Shown: positions 49,870-63,414 of the stretch, piece after piece | Numbering within the stretch: the stretch's first letter is position 1 | How the letters are laid out: the number at the start of each line of letters is the position of its first letter | Assembly (NCBI RefSeq): GCF_001194135.2 | Contig: NC_068992.1 | Span: 61,629,567 to 61,693,566 of the forward strand | Direction: 5' to 3' | DNA length: 64,000 nt | Source: Octopus bimaculoides | Lineage: Eukaryota | Notes under the pieces: generated by a model | Told to the model about the DNA's origin: nothing | The model's input: only the letters and a program-made list of their open reading frames with translations | Database searches by the model: none | Position numbers and translations under genes: made by a program

Positions 49870-50225
49870 GAGTGGAGTACAATGGATTGAATAAAGTACA
49901 ATAGAGGGATTAAGTACCGAGTAGAGTACAACAGATAGATTGAATATTGAATAGAGTATAATAGATTGGTTGAGCCTTGGGTAGAGTACTAGGGATTGAT
50001 TGAACAGAATGCAATGGATAGCTTGAATATTGAGTAGAGTAATAATTATTGAATTGAATATTGGGTAGAGTACAGTGAATAGGTTGCATATTGAATAGAA
50101 TGTATGGACTGAGTATTGGACAGAATACAATGGATGGGTTGAGTATTGAGCAGAATCCAATGGCTAGATTGAATATTGCATAGAGTACAATGGATAAATT
50201 AAGTATTGCAAAGAGTACAATGGCT
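49870..50225. repeat. Degenerate 30-bp minisatellite (gagtagagtacaatggatagattgaatatt-like), about 12 units
   Basis: tagagtacaatgga and ttgaatattg recur at about 30-bp spacing. Confidence 0.8.
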
Positions 50226-50564
50226 TAACTAATGAGTAATGGTTTTAGTGTTGAAGGGATATAAATAGCAGCACACATTCTATAAGAGGAGGAAGAGGGG
50301 AGGAGCTAAATGGAATGAGTATTAGATGAATAAGAACCTTGATGAAAGTGACAATACTCAGAATAAGAAGGTAATGTTGATTATCCATTGACAGGAGTTG
50401 ACAAAGAAAAGGCTGCCATTGAAAGAGGGCAAAGCTCCTTCACTTGATAGATTAACATCATTAATAGCACCACTGATAATGACGATGCTGTGATGGTGGT
50501 GGCGATGGGTATGATGACGATCTGCAATACAAAACTATCCAAAAATGGCATTGTTAAAATATAA

Positions 50565-50766
50565 CGCTTTAGCATTTAAACTGGCCATATGCAGCCCAAA
50601 TATTCTACTGGTTTTATGTTCAAATCGACTGCATCCAGCCTATCACACCTACTCAACAATGTCATTCTACAAATAAACAATTATATTATTAAAATTTCAA
50701 AGCTGAGATAATGCACAATTAATTCAAAACAATGTGAATAAATGGAGTAAACCAAATGGTAAAGGG
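50565..50766. mobile_element. Second copy of the piggyBac-type MITE at 1309-1528
   Basis: Shares aaatattctac..gttttatgttcaaa and ttaattcaaaacaatgtgaataa; ends aaaggg|ataa. Confidence 0.7.
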
Positions 50767-51589
50767 ATAAACCATATCACACACACATACACACACACGT
50801 GTGTGTGTGGTGGTGGTGGGGGGGGTAGTTATTCTTCGATAAACCAACCCAAGAAAATGCATAATGTAGATTAAAATTAAAATAAATTAATTAGTTGAAT
50901 AGAAAAAATAAAACATGTCCAGAAAACTAACTTAAAAGAGACAAAGATGGTAATAAAAAAAACTAAATAAAATACAACAAAAAAATAAAAAAAGAAAAAT
51001 AATAATAATGATCTCAAGTGAAAACAGTCAAATGAAGGAATTAGATGGAAGTGGAACGCCAATATAAGTAGTTAATTAAGACCTGATAAAGTATATAGTA
51101 CAAGATAAGAGAAATGAAGGAGAATCTGAGAAAGAAATATTACAAAAAAACCAAAAGAATAACATAAAAGAGTGAACTTAATGGCAGAAATAAGATAGTT
51201 TAAATACATCACTGCCACTGGGTTAGTACAAGTTTGGTTATATTAGCAACAGCTGCAACATAATAAATTTGAGGTTCAGAGAAGAGTCAGGGAATGAAAA
51301 AAAAAACACAAAAAAACCCACAAAAAATAGGAAAAATTAACAGTATCCTACATACATCCTTCCAAGATACACACACACACACATACACACACACACACAC
51401 ACACACAGTGCTACACATATATATACTTTTAATGAGCTTCAATAAAAGCATATTACTCTACCTTTGGTATTCAAGCACTATTTTTTCACATTGTTTTTCA
51501 TTTATATACTTATATATATATACTTATATATATATATATATATATTTCATTCACCATGATTGATCACTAGCCACAAAACCTTTTTTATT

Positions 51590-51737
51590 TTCTCTCTCTG
51601 CTTATTTCTGTGTTCCTTCCTGTTGAAGAGTGTAGGCTCGAAATGTAAAACACTTTCTCACTTCCTGAACGTTAAACTAATACATCTGTTTGTTGTTTAC
51701 ACACCCGTCTTTGTCTTTTTTTTCTTTTGTAAATTCC

Positions 51738-51745
<8 letters not shown>
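51590..51745 (+). mobile_element. Penelope-like terminal-repeat relic
   Basis: ctgttgaagagtgtaggctcgaaatgtaaaa (hammerhead-like core) followed by cttcctgaacgttaaactaatac, similar to the 10690-10870(-) copy. Confidence 0.4.
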
Positions 51746-51774
<29 letters not shown>

Positions 51775-52179
51775 TATATAACGTGAGAGAGTTAGGGGTT
51801 GGGGGTTCAACCCACTAAGGGATAGTATCTATCCAGTATACTGCTGGGAGGGTACCCAATTATTGCTACACTAGTGCTATACTAGGTGCAATCAATGGGA
51901 GCAGGTAAAAGTGGAGGTTTTACCCAAAATTTGTATAACAATTAGAAAATGGAGGATAATATGCTGAACCCAACTACTTGCAGACGGTGTATCCCGTTGA
52001 ATTCATTAATTTAATTCATAGCAAAAGTGACAAAAAAAGAAAGAAAAAGAAAGAAAGAACCAAAGCACAGGTGTCTATGGCAGACTATGTTATTTTGCCA
52101 ACCTGGTTTACATATAGAAGTACAAAGTACATAAGGAATTAGAGGATGAACAGAAGTTTAATCTTACAGCTGTTTCGGC

Positions 52180-52715
52180 CTAGTCGATTATATTAGCCCC
52201 AATGTTCAGCAAGTGCTTATTTTATTGACTCCAAAAGGATTGAAAAGCAAAAATCAACTTTAGCAGAATTTGAACTCAAAATGTAAAAACAGATGAAATG
52301 TTGTAAGTGTCTTGCTACGCATGCTAATAGTTCTGCCAGCTCACCACCCTTAGTAATCCTTTCTAGAGGCATAAGGCCTGAAGTTTTGGAGGGGGGGGGT
52401 AGCTAGCTGATTACAATAACCCTAGTGCATAACTGGTACTTATTTCATCAACTCCAAAAGGATGAAAGTCGAAGTTGACCTCAGTGGAATAATAATCATA
52501 ATACCTTTCTACAAGAAATACAAGGCATGAAATTTGGGGGGGAGGGGGGCTAGTCGATTACATCGACCCCCAGTGATCAACTGGTACTCATTTTATGGAG
52601 CTGAAAGGATGAAAAGCAAAATTGACCGCAGCCGGATTTGAACTTAGAATGTAAAAACTGCTGGAATGTCGCCAAGCATTTTACCCAGCTTGCTAACAAT
52701 TCTGCCAGCTTGCAG
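52180..52715 (-). mobile_element. Cluster of three SINE family A copies
   Basis: Reverse-complement copies at about 52180-52345, 52355-52495 and 52500-52715. Confidence 0.75.
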
Positions 52716-52718
52716 CCT

Positions 52719-52768
52719 TAATAATAATAATAATAATAATAATAGTAATAATAATAATAATAATAATA

Positions 52769-52804
<36 letters not shown>

Positions 52805-52831
52805 GTAATAATAGTAATAATAATAATAATA

Positions 52832-52867
<36 letters not shown>

Positions 52868-52873
52868 GTAATA

Positions 52874-52912
<39 letters not shown>
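52719..52912. repeat. (AAT)n with periodic AGT interruptions
   Basis: Direct reading. Confidence 0.95.
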
Positions 52913-52913
<1 letters not shown>

Positions 52914-53320
52914 CAGAAGTAGAAAGAGAAAATTATTGCAGACATTTTTGTAATTATCAAACAAAGAAATATTTCTACTTTACAAGAAACAAATGTGTAT
53001 TTTCCATATCTCTCTATTAAAACCAAACTGCCAAAAACACATACATACATGTGCATGCACACACACACACACACGTGCAGGCACACACACACATGCAATC
53101 TATAAACTGTTGTTTAGAGACGTTCATTTGATTTGGAAATAAACGAACATTGGCAATCGTTAGATTTCTACATAATCAACACAAAGCAGCTGATCAAGAA
53201 AAGATTTAATTACCTTCTGGTTTCTTTATTGAAAGGTTTCTACAACGTTTTGATGGATAAATACAATTAGAAATATAAGATCAAGGGAACATTTTCTTCA
53301 TATTATCATCATCATCATCA

Positions 53321-53357
<37 letters not shown>

Positions 53358-53473
53358 CACACACACACCTGCATAGATTTAAACAAATATACATACATGC
53401 AAACACATATATCTACTCACACGTGTGTGTATATATACAAATAACTACATATTCATACATACACACAATCATT

Positions 53474-53510
<37 letters not shown>

Positions 53511-55146
53511 TATGTGAATGAAAGGAATGGAAAAAGCAGTTATGCACTACATATGTTTCCAAAGTGGATGAAATCCATGTAATGGAGTTATTAAAACAAC
53601 TCCATAATGATGATGTCTACCTTTTCTTCAGGGGCAGACTGCTGGTTGTGCAAGCAACTGTTTGCAGCAATGAATTATCCAAGAGATTTTTTGACTAATT
53701 CATTGCGACAAATGGTTGCATAACTCATAACTCAAAATATTGATTTTGTCCACTTTGCAAACACATAGTGCGTAACTGCTTTTTGCATTCCTTTCATTCT
53801 TATATCTACTATCCTCATACTGAATAACGCAAGTTGGTTTTCAACTGGAGTTGTATAGAATCTGTCATCTTGTTGGGATTACCTTTTTAATTTTGATATG
53901 GGGGCAAATCTATTTGATATAGTGATTAATAAATTTTCATTGACTGATTATTATTTTGATTTATCTCATACAAGTTGTGTATATGTTAGAAGCTAACTAG
54001 CTGTTTTACCACAATCAAGTAGATCTTATATTGATGCATATATACATATTTCATCATCATCATCATTTAATGTCCATGTTCCATGCTGGTATGGACTGGA
54101 TGATCTGACAGGATGCAGAGGGCCCAGGACTGCATCATACTTCTGGGTCTGCTTTGTTATAGTTTCTATGGCCTGATGCTCTTCCAATGCCAACCACATT
54201 ATAGCATAAAGTGTAAGCTCTTTTCATGCTACAAGGAGCATGCAAGACAACAAACTCAAAGGAGTAACTTCATGCTAGGATCAGAAAGTATGGCTTGCTG
54301 TAAAGAAACTACATGGCAACATGTTTAGAAGAAAGTGTGTGAGCACAAGGGTGGAGGGAGAAAATATTAAGAATAGTAGTGACAGGGTGAAACTTCAAAT
54401 TATGAGGTGGGTAAAACTGAGAGGGGAAGAGAGCCTAGAGTGAGGGAGGGAGTAGGATATGACTGATAGCGAAGAAGTTGACAGGGGAAAAACTTGAGTG
54501 GGATGACAATGTCAGGTAGGTTTCAGAAATGAATGGGGAAGAGAGTGGCAAACACAGTACATACTGCTCCAATGTATCTGACACATATGAAGCTTATGTT
54601 CTCTGATCATCTGCCCATGATTCCACTACGTCTCTTGTGTTCAAAGATTATACTGAGCACAGCATATAGAGTTTCTACCTGCACCTTTTCTGCATACTGA
54701 AAAAAGCTACTTCTCCAAAGGTATTAGAATCCTGTAATCTTTTTTACCTAAAACCTTCATCTTTGCTAGGCTTTACATACACACACACACCCTGCACATT
54801 TATATACATGTATCTACACATATTTGGGAACATGTAATAAGTTATATTTGTTATATAACCAAATCTATCAAACACACACACCATACAGGTAATTTATTAT
54901 CTAAGTGGTATTGCTATGATGAACAAATAGTCTCACTAGCAGAAAGTCTGCAAGACATCAATCGTTATTAAGTGTATTGGCAGGTCAGTGTGCTTTCAGG
55001 ATATTTTGACCAGCCACTGATTCTAAGTTTACCAAAAAACTGATTGCTTTCTATTAGTCTAGCCAACAAACGAGGCATCTGAGAGAAAATTAATTCTCTT
55101 TTCATCCTGCACATTATACGCATGCATGCACACACACACAAATACA

Positions 55147-55179
<33 letters not shown>

Positions 55180-55330
55180 ATACACTTTTAATAAAGCTGC
55201 ATAACAAATGGGAATGTTAAACTGAGTAACAGTTTTGCAGCTGTAGTAAAAGCATATTATTCTACCTTAGGTATTCAAGTATTACTTATCCACCAGTTTT
55301 TCGCATTTATGTGCTTAGTTGTGTGTGCGT

Positions 55331-55366
<36 letters not shown>

Positions 55367-55376
55367 NNNNNNNNNN

Positions 55377-55422
<46 letters not shown>

Positions 55423-56949
55423 CCTTTTAAATAAATTGCAATCAGAAGTCAAAACAGACCTTTAAATTTCAGACTAACGTTACAATTGATGATGCCAAAC
55501 AGCTTAGTCTTTATCTCTACATTCATCAAGATTCAGTAAATATACCAAAATATATATCAGACCATCCACTTTCTCATGCTTGCATGGGTCAGTCAGAATT
55601 GATTTGACAGATTTTCTACAGCCAGATGCCCTTCTTGTTACCAACCGCCACCTGTTTACATGTATGTTAATATTTTCCCATGGCCAGACAATTTCCATTG
55701 AAGATTGAAAATGAAGGACAGCACCTGTCTGAAGGTGATGCTTGTTTACAATTATCAAACGTCAAGACGAAGAAACATAATTATGCATCCACACCCATAT
55801 ATATATATATATATATATANNNNNNNNNNNNNNNNNNNNNNNNNNNNNNNNNNNNNNNNNNNNNNNNNNNNNNNNNNNNNNNNNNNNNNNNNNNNNNNNN
55901 NNNNNNNNNNNNATATATATACTGTTAGTCTTTGAATTTCCAACTTTGAAAAAACCTACTTACAAGGCTTTAGTCAGCTTGGGGCAATAGCATGAGGTAC
56001 TGGTCCAAGGTACTACACAGCCACTCCTGCACCTATATAGTAGTTTAATTCATAACCCTAAGCCTAACAAAACAGACTTTGCCTGGCTCACAATTATGGA
56101 TACTTTTGACAGACTTCTAACACTGAGTTCTTTATTTTAAGTGGCCAGAAAATGCCCCTGGTGACTTCCATGTCACTTCTAAGCAAAACAATACACACAC
56201 AAACACACTAGTACATGCTAGTACAACTAGTGAATAGCATATTAGTACAACTAGTGAATAAAGCTCCAAAATATCACCTGATCAATATTTGTTCACATTT
56301 TAGATGTAATTCTCAATAATTGAAAATTAATTCATTTATTTTCTTCAAAAATCCTTTTCTAATATCTGCTTTACTAATTAAGAGTATTTCTCCTATACCA
56401 TCAACACACATTCACACCACATGTTCACACAACAGACAACCACTAACTATCGATGCTACATGTGTAATATATTGTCCATTCTCACATGTCTATCCACCCT
56501 ACTGACACTAATCATTGACACTACAGACATGGCGAGAGGTGCAGGCATGGCTGTTTGGTTAAGACGCTCACTTTGCAGCCATGTGGCTTCAGGTTCAGTC
56601 CTGGTGCGTGGCACCTTGGGCAAGTATCTTCTACTACTACTACTACTACTACTAAAGCCTAAAGCTGACCAATGCCTTGTGAGTGGATTTGGTAGATAGA
56701 AACTTTGTGGAAGCCCATTATATGTTTGTATGTATGTACACGCGCGCGCGTGCATATATGTACCATATATAGATGTATAAAATCACATATCTGCAGGACC
56801 AGGTCCAACATGAAGCTAAGCATCAATTAAACAATGCTACAACTATCTGAAAAATAGGACAACATGAAATAAATGCTAAAAGTTATTTTTTCGTAATTTT
56901 TGTGGTTTTACCTGACACTCATTTAAAGCACCTTTTACATGTTCCTATA

Positions 56950-56986
<37 letters not shown>

Positions 56987-57907
56987 GGCTTAATGCACAG
57001 GGAAAATTATGAATTGTGGTGTTTTTAGAAAATCTCTGCTAATTGGAGATAATTTTCCCTCTGCCATTTAAGAATTTACCTGAAATATCAAATTCTTCTT
57101 GACTTACATCACATAAACATATCCAAATTTATAAACTAAGTTGTCTGCAATGCAGACTGCCCTACTTTCTTTGAACTGATTCTTATTTACCACCTCTTCT
57201 ACTCAATTTACTCTCCCTACCTACAATTAGTCGAGAGGGCTCTTTCCTGTTTCACAAGTTACTTGGTAACCTTGTTAGTGCCTGTGGTATGAAAAGAAAA
57301 AAAAGCATCAAGTACACACTCAAAGGTGGCTGGTGTTAGGAAGGGCATCCAGTCACAGAAACCAGGCCCATGCTGACACTGGAGTTTGAAACAGCTCTGC
57401 AACTTACCAAATTCTGTCAAACTGTCCAATTCATGCCAACATGGAAAATGGACAGTAAATAATAACAATGACGACAACAATCATAGTTAATGAGCATTTG
57501 AAGCTCACAAGCATTTAATCATTTTTTTTTTTAGTCTTGCGTAATAAATGCATTATAAAAGAAAGTCAATCAGACATTATTAACCTTGTTCCTTGGTACC
57601 ATACTTCTTATAAATGCCATTTTCAGTTTGTAAATGAACAAAGATTCCTTTATTATCAAGGTAGTACTTGCATAAACTTATTTCTTTCAAATTACTACAC
57701 CATGGCAACAGTGATAATTACCATTCTAATTATCAGCATTAATCAGTTTTTACTGCCGCCAGTGAACCAGCAGAGGATTCTACAAAAGTCTGAACTGTTC
57801 AAATTATTAATCAGTCTAATGTTGCTTATTTAATATCAACTTCTTAATGACACCATCGTCAACAAGATCAGTGGAATGGACTGAGGAAACTTCACAGCCA
57901 AAAGGAA

Positions 57908-57963
<56 letters not shown>

Positions 57964-59800
57964 CTTAAATATTAAAATTTCACTTAATATCAATTTACAT
58001 ATTTAAATTAAAACAAGAAAGTTAATGATTGTTTGATAAATACAAGTTTAATCTGAGTTGTTGAAGCTTAATTTTACTGAAATATTGCAAACATTTGTTA
58101 CTGATGTGAGTTGTTTTAGCCTTTAGGATAAAATGAAAATAACTTGAATGATTGTAATTAATTCTAATAATGAAAACTGATACATTAGAAGAAGAAAAAA
58201 ACTACTGTGAATCTTATTTCTCAACAAAACTGAAATTACAAATCATTGACATAGGCAGATAGTTACATATAATTATCATTGCCCCAAAATGTGTGTAATT
58301 CTTAATTGTACTTTGGTCTTACAAATTACAAGGTAACCTCACTGATGCTGGTATCATATAAAAACCAACCAATACACTTTGTAAAGTGATTGGCATGAAG
58401 GACATCCAGTTGCAGGAATCAAATATAAACTGTGACACTGAAGTATGATGTGGTCACCCAATGAATCATATCCTGTCAAACCATCCAACGCATGTCAGCA
58501 TGGATGGGGGATGGTCGATGACAACGGTGATATAAATGGCACTGCTGAGACTTTTGACAAATATAAACAAATACCAAGTCTCAGTTTTAAATAAAAACAT
58601 TAGTTTTATCATAGTTACATTAAAATTAAAGTTGTCCATTATTAGTGAGATACATACAAAGAGTTAGATTATTACAGTTACACACTTTCAAAACAGACTG
58701 TTAAAAAGAGTTATAAGCACAACTACACATACTGTATTCTATAGCATACAAGTAGAATTTTTTAGACCAATATTTACAGCCAAAAACAATTTATTATATA
58801 CTAAGATGACTTTGGAGGACCAAAAATTTCATGTGAAGTACACCAAGATTTGGAAAGGTAGTGATGATGTTTGAATGTTTACAAACTATACTATAATGGA
58901 GAAAGCTGCTTATTAATTAGGTATGTAACAATTACTAAAAGTACTAAAAGAAAGCAACATTAAAAGCTTGACCATCTGGAAATATTTTTAGTGATTCGTA
59001 TTCTAAGAAATTTCCTATAATTTCAATTTCTGAAGTTTATCAAATTTTTAAACTCCAAATTCTTGCAAATTTAAATATTCATTGCATTCACTGCGTCCAA
59101 TTCTTCATAAATTTAAATATTCATTGCATTCACTATGGAGTAGATTTTAATGTTTAATAATAAACACTATTAATTCATTGCAGGCAACATTTTACATTTT
59201 TATTTGCAACAGTTTCTCATTCTTGCTTGCCTCCATTTTCATTAATGATAATTTAATAATAGCTATATAACTTTGATATGAGACACAATTTCAAGAATAT
59301 TATCAGTTTCTAGAGTTTGTTAAATGAAATTTTTGATAAAATGAACATTTTTTAATATACCGGTATAATTTTGAAGTGATATTGTGTTGAACAAATGCAT
59401 GTTATCACACAAAATAGCTGTATAACTTTGATACGAGGCACAGTTTCAAGAATATTAGCAGTTTCTGGAGTTTCTTAAATGAATATTTTTGATAAAATGA
59501 AAATTCTTTAATATACCGGTATAATTTTTTTTTTTTTTTTTTTTCTTAAATGAAGAAGTGATATTGTTAACTTGGCTACATGGAATGTTATAAACCTTAC
59601 CACAATAACTATGTGATCACTGCTATTTCTAGAATGCTAAACAAGATAGTTTTTAATGAGCTTTTATTTATAAAAGCAAAGGCACAATGGCAGAGAGAAA
59701 GACAGGTAACTGAATCAGAAGAAACCAGGGCAAAGCAACTGAAACAGATGACCGACTAGTTAGGCTATCTCGATAGGAGAATATTCTACTTCAAAGTAAT

Positions 59801-60679
59801 GGTGTCAGATCACAAATTGTTGATGCAACATTAAAGAGATCTTTTCTTTGCGGTCATGTGGAAGTAGTGGAGTTGACAACCAATCTAAGACTTCTTGCAG
59901 AAGGTCATTCTGATGAAAGAGAATTTGCTAATTACCTTCTTGATGTAGGAAATGGTAACATTTCTGTTGAACAAAGCCTAGGTGAATTCAAAATCAAACT
60001 ACTCAATGACCTTTGCCTTGAAAGTGGTACTCTTTCAGATCTATATGCTGACAAAAATAACTTAACAAACCCTGTGTGGCTTGCAAATAGAACCATTGTT
60101 ACTCCAACAAATGAAGCAGTACAATTTGTGAATGATTCTCTGTTGACCAGAACCCCTGATAAGCTAAAAATATACAGAAGCTCAGATACAGTTGATAATG
60201 AAACTACCCAATTGAGTTCATCAACAAACTTACACCATCAGGGTTTCCACCACACTTTCTTAAACTGAAGGAAAAGTAATGCATAATGCTTCTGAGAAAT
60301 TTAGATGCTCCCAATGGACATTGCAATAGCACACACTACATCAATGTCAGTTTATATGATCATGTTATTGAGGGTGCTTCTGCTCCTTATGCAGGATTAG
60401 CTCTACTAACCCCAAGAATATCACATGTATCTCAAGAAATGGAATTTCCATTCACATTTACACACAAACTATTTCCTGTCAAGCCAGCTTTTTCCTTGAC
60501 GTGCAACAAGGCACAGGGACAGACTTTTGAACAAATCAGAATATATCTTCCAACAGAGTTCTTCTCAAATGGTCAGCTGTATGTTGCATTATCTAGAGTT
60601 CAAAAGAAAAAAATTGGCTGAGAGAAATGGAAACAGTATAATTACTGACAATTGTGTCTACAAGGAGATACTACTTTAA
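59801..60679 (+). mobile_element. Helitron PIF1-family helicase C-terminal relic (frameshifted)
   Basis: GVRSQIVDATLKRS..HVEVVELTTNLR, FANYLLDVGNG, IVTPTNEAV, YPIEFINKLTPSGFPPH, MLLRNLDAPNGHCN, PRI, FPVKPAFSLTCNKAQGQT, FSNGQLYVALSRV, TDNCVYKEILL*. Confidence 0.9.
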
Positions 60680-61110
60680 AGCAAAATATGCTTTTTAGCA
60701 AGTTTCAGTAAGTAGAATTAACACATGAATTATATGTAAAGTAACATATATTTGTGTGGAATTAAATTGTTTTGGCATATTTCAACACATACCAAATGAA
60801 TGATATCATTTTAAATTTATATTTGCAAAAGTAAGGAAACGCCATTCCCATGTGTTCTCACAGCACCAGACTTGTGTATGTGTGTATCCATCCATCCATG
60901 CACATCTATGTAAGTTCTACCAATTATTAATGATAGATATATATATTTAACAGATTGACTCTTTAAAAAAGAGAGATTATGACTGTGATAAAATAATGAA
61001 AGCAATATTTACTAAGCAAGTGAGCACTGTTATACAAAGAAATAATTAGACATCAGATATCATAAAAATTATCAGAATTGGGAATCAAATGTGGAATTAT
61101 TATCGAGTGG

Positions 61111-61149
61111 CTAGCAGAAAACTGCCCGGAAGGAAGTCTTTCTGCTAGT
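61111..61149 (+). other. Candidate Helitron 3' terminus (CTAG|T) in a fold-back structure
   Basis: ctagcagaaa (61111-61120) and tttctgctag (61139-61148) are inverted; CTAG is followed by T, about 470 nt after the helicase stop. Confidence 0.45.
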
Positions 61150-63380
61150 ATATACTATGTAGAGTTGTAAGCCAGAAAATATAACATTTACTGACTGACA
61201 CAGTTAACTGAACCAGTTACACAGTTATAAACATAGTCACGAGACCAAGTTATAACGAGTTACACCAACAGAGTGACACTGTTATCGAAAGAATTTACAT
61301 GTATACACAATTACAGAAAATATGTCCTACTGAAAACATTTCATTCCATCCTTGTCGAAATATAACAAAACTACTAAGTAAACAAAAACAATGTTGAAAC
61401 GCAGTGTTTTATGTACATATGTGTGGTGGGAGTAGAGAGGGAGGGATAGAGGAAGGGTTACACAAGTCAATAGCTGGAGTTTAAAGAATAAAGAAGGAAC
61501 AGGAGATGAAGTTTATTGATCTTTAAAGTGATTCAGGCCATAAAACGAAGAAGCTTGGCAATAAGGTTAGTTTCTATAGCAACAAGTATGCTTTAGTTTC
61601 AGTGAGTAATTAGATTGAGATGTTTAAGTGAGGTAGGTCTGTTGTTGTGAATGGAGAAGGAGGAATCAATGTAGAAAGAAGTTTGGGATGAAGTCGAGGG
61701 ACAATGAAGCTCACCAACTCGTTAACTAACTTATGATTTAACTACCATCTTAAACCACCAACCAGTTTAACAAATCCCAGATACAGATGCAAAAAGAAAC
61801 AAAACTGCACCACAATAAATTATTATATCGTTGCCACTGCTCCACCCCCAGCATTCAGCCATAGTTTGATAGAAGTGGCTTGATTAGCTGTGATAAGGAA
61901 AGGGATTAATTTCAAATGTTAATATCCTTCGATAATCAAACATATATGGTATTAAAATCGCTATACAGTACACACACATATACACATGTACAAGAACACA
62001 AACATATACACACATACATACACAGAGGTATATATACACACATACCGACATCGTTGACTAGTATAGCATTGAAACAAACCACTTAGTAGTAATTTATTAA
62101 CTGAAGAAGCTGCCAAGAACGTGTTTGTCTTGTTTCAACATTCATTCTTCCACGTTTGCAGAGGATGGATGGAATTTACTGAGGCAGATTTTCTATACCT
62201 GGATGACCTTCCTTTCATCAACTCTCACCTGCTTCCAAGCAAGGCAATATATCCTATGACAGGACACGTTTTTTTATGGAAGACTGGAAACAAATGACCC
62301 GGCTTGTTTGGTAGAGAGATTCACTTACAATGAACATGTAACATGAAGAAAAAGAGAAACACACACAAGATTATTATCAAGATGTAATGTCTATTTGCTA
62401 TGCTGGCAAGGGTTGGGTTGCTTGACAGGCACTGGCAAGACCAGGTTCCACATCAGGATTCCATAGTCTGCATATAAATAAATAACTTTACGCACATATA
62501 TATACCTTTTATCTTTTACCTGTTTCAGTCATTAAACTGCAGCAATGCTGGGGCACCACCTTGAATTTTTAGTCACTTGAATCAATCCACAGGTGTAACC
62601 ATGATGTTCTGATGACTAAGCTTTCTCTATTTGCATTAATTTGTGAATATACAATTGTATAATGCTGAGCATACACATAAGTATAATGTTTTGCATTCCA
62701 AAATTAAAACTGCATGAAGTTATGAAACAGATGTAATCCTATGGAAATCATATGGTAAAATAATCTATCTTCCCATCTCTCACCTCCTTACCTTTTGCAT
62801 TATAGCACAGATTTTCCGTTAACATGAACTCATCACATTACACTACAACATAATTGAGAACTATGTTGACTGATAGCCAAGAGCATAGGAGGAGCTTACT
62901 GCAATAGCCATACAAATCTCTGAATCTATATTTTATACAACTCAGTATATCAATATACACAGGATTTAAATTCAAGCTGCCATCAGTTTCATGCTTTTAG
63001 TTTCTTTCAGATTCAAACATACATGTTGGATATTTGAATCTAAAAGATCGCTTGGTAACATATAGCATGCTTTACAAGTTTGTCTGACCATTGTGTTTTC
63101 ATAGTATGAAACTGATAGTAGTAGCTTGACTTTAAATCCTATGTATAAAAAATATTCATCTCTCACTGAATGAAGTAATTTCTTCTTGATCCTGCCAATA
63201 ATGGAACAGTACATTATATATTAGATTGGATTGGATTGCTTATGTTCAGTTAACTGCAGGATGCTCTTTCTACCAACCACATGCTCTTTCTACTAACCAC
63301 ACTCTGAGAGTGATGGTGTTAATGTTATAGGGCCTACTCACAAGGAAGGGGATCAGAATATAAGTGAGATGGTAGAGTAA

Positions 63381-63414
<34 letters not shown>

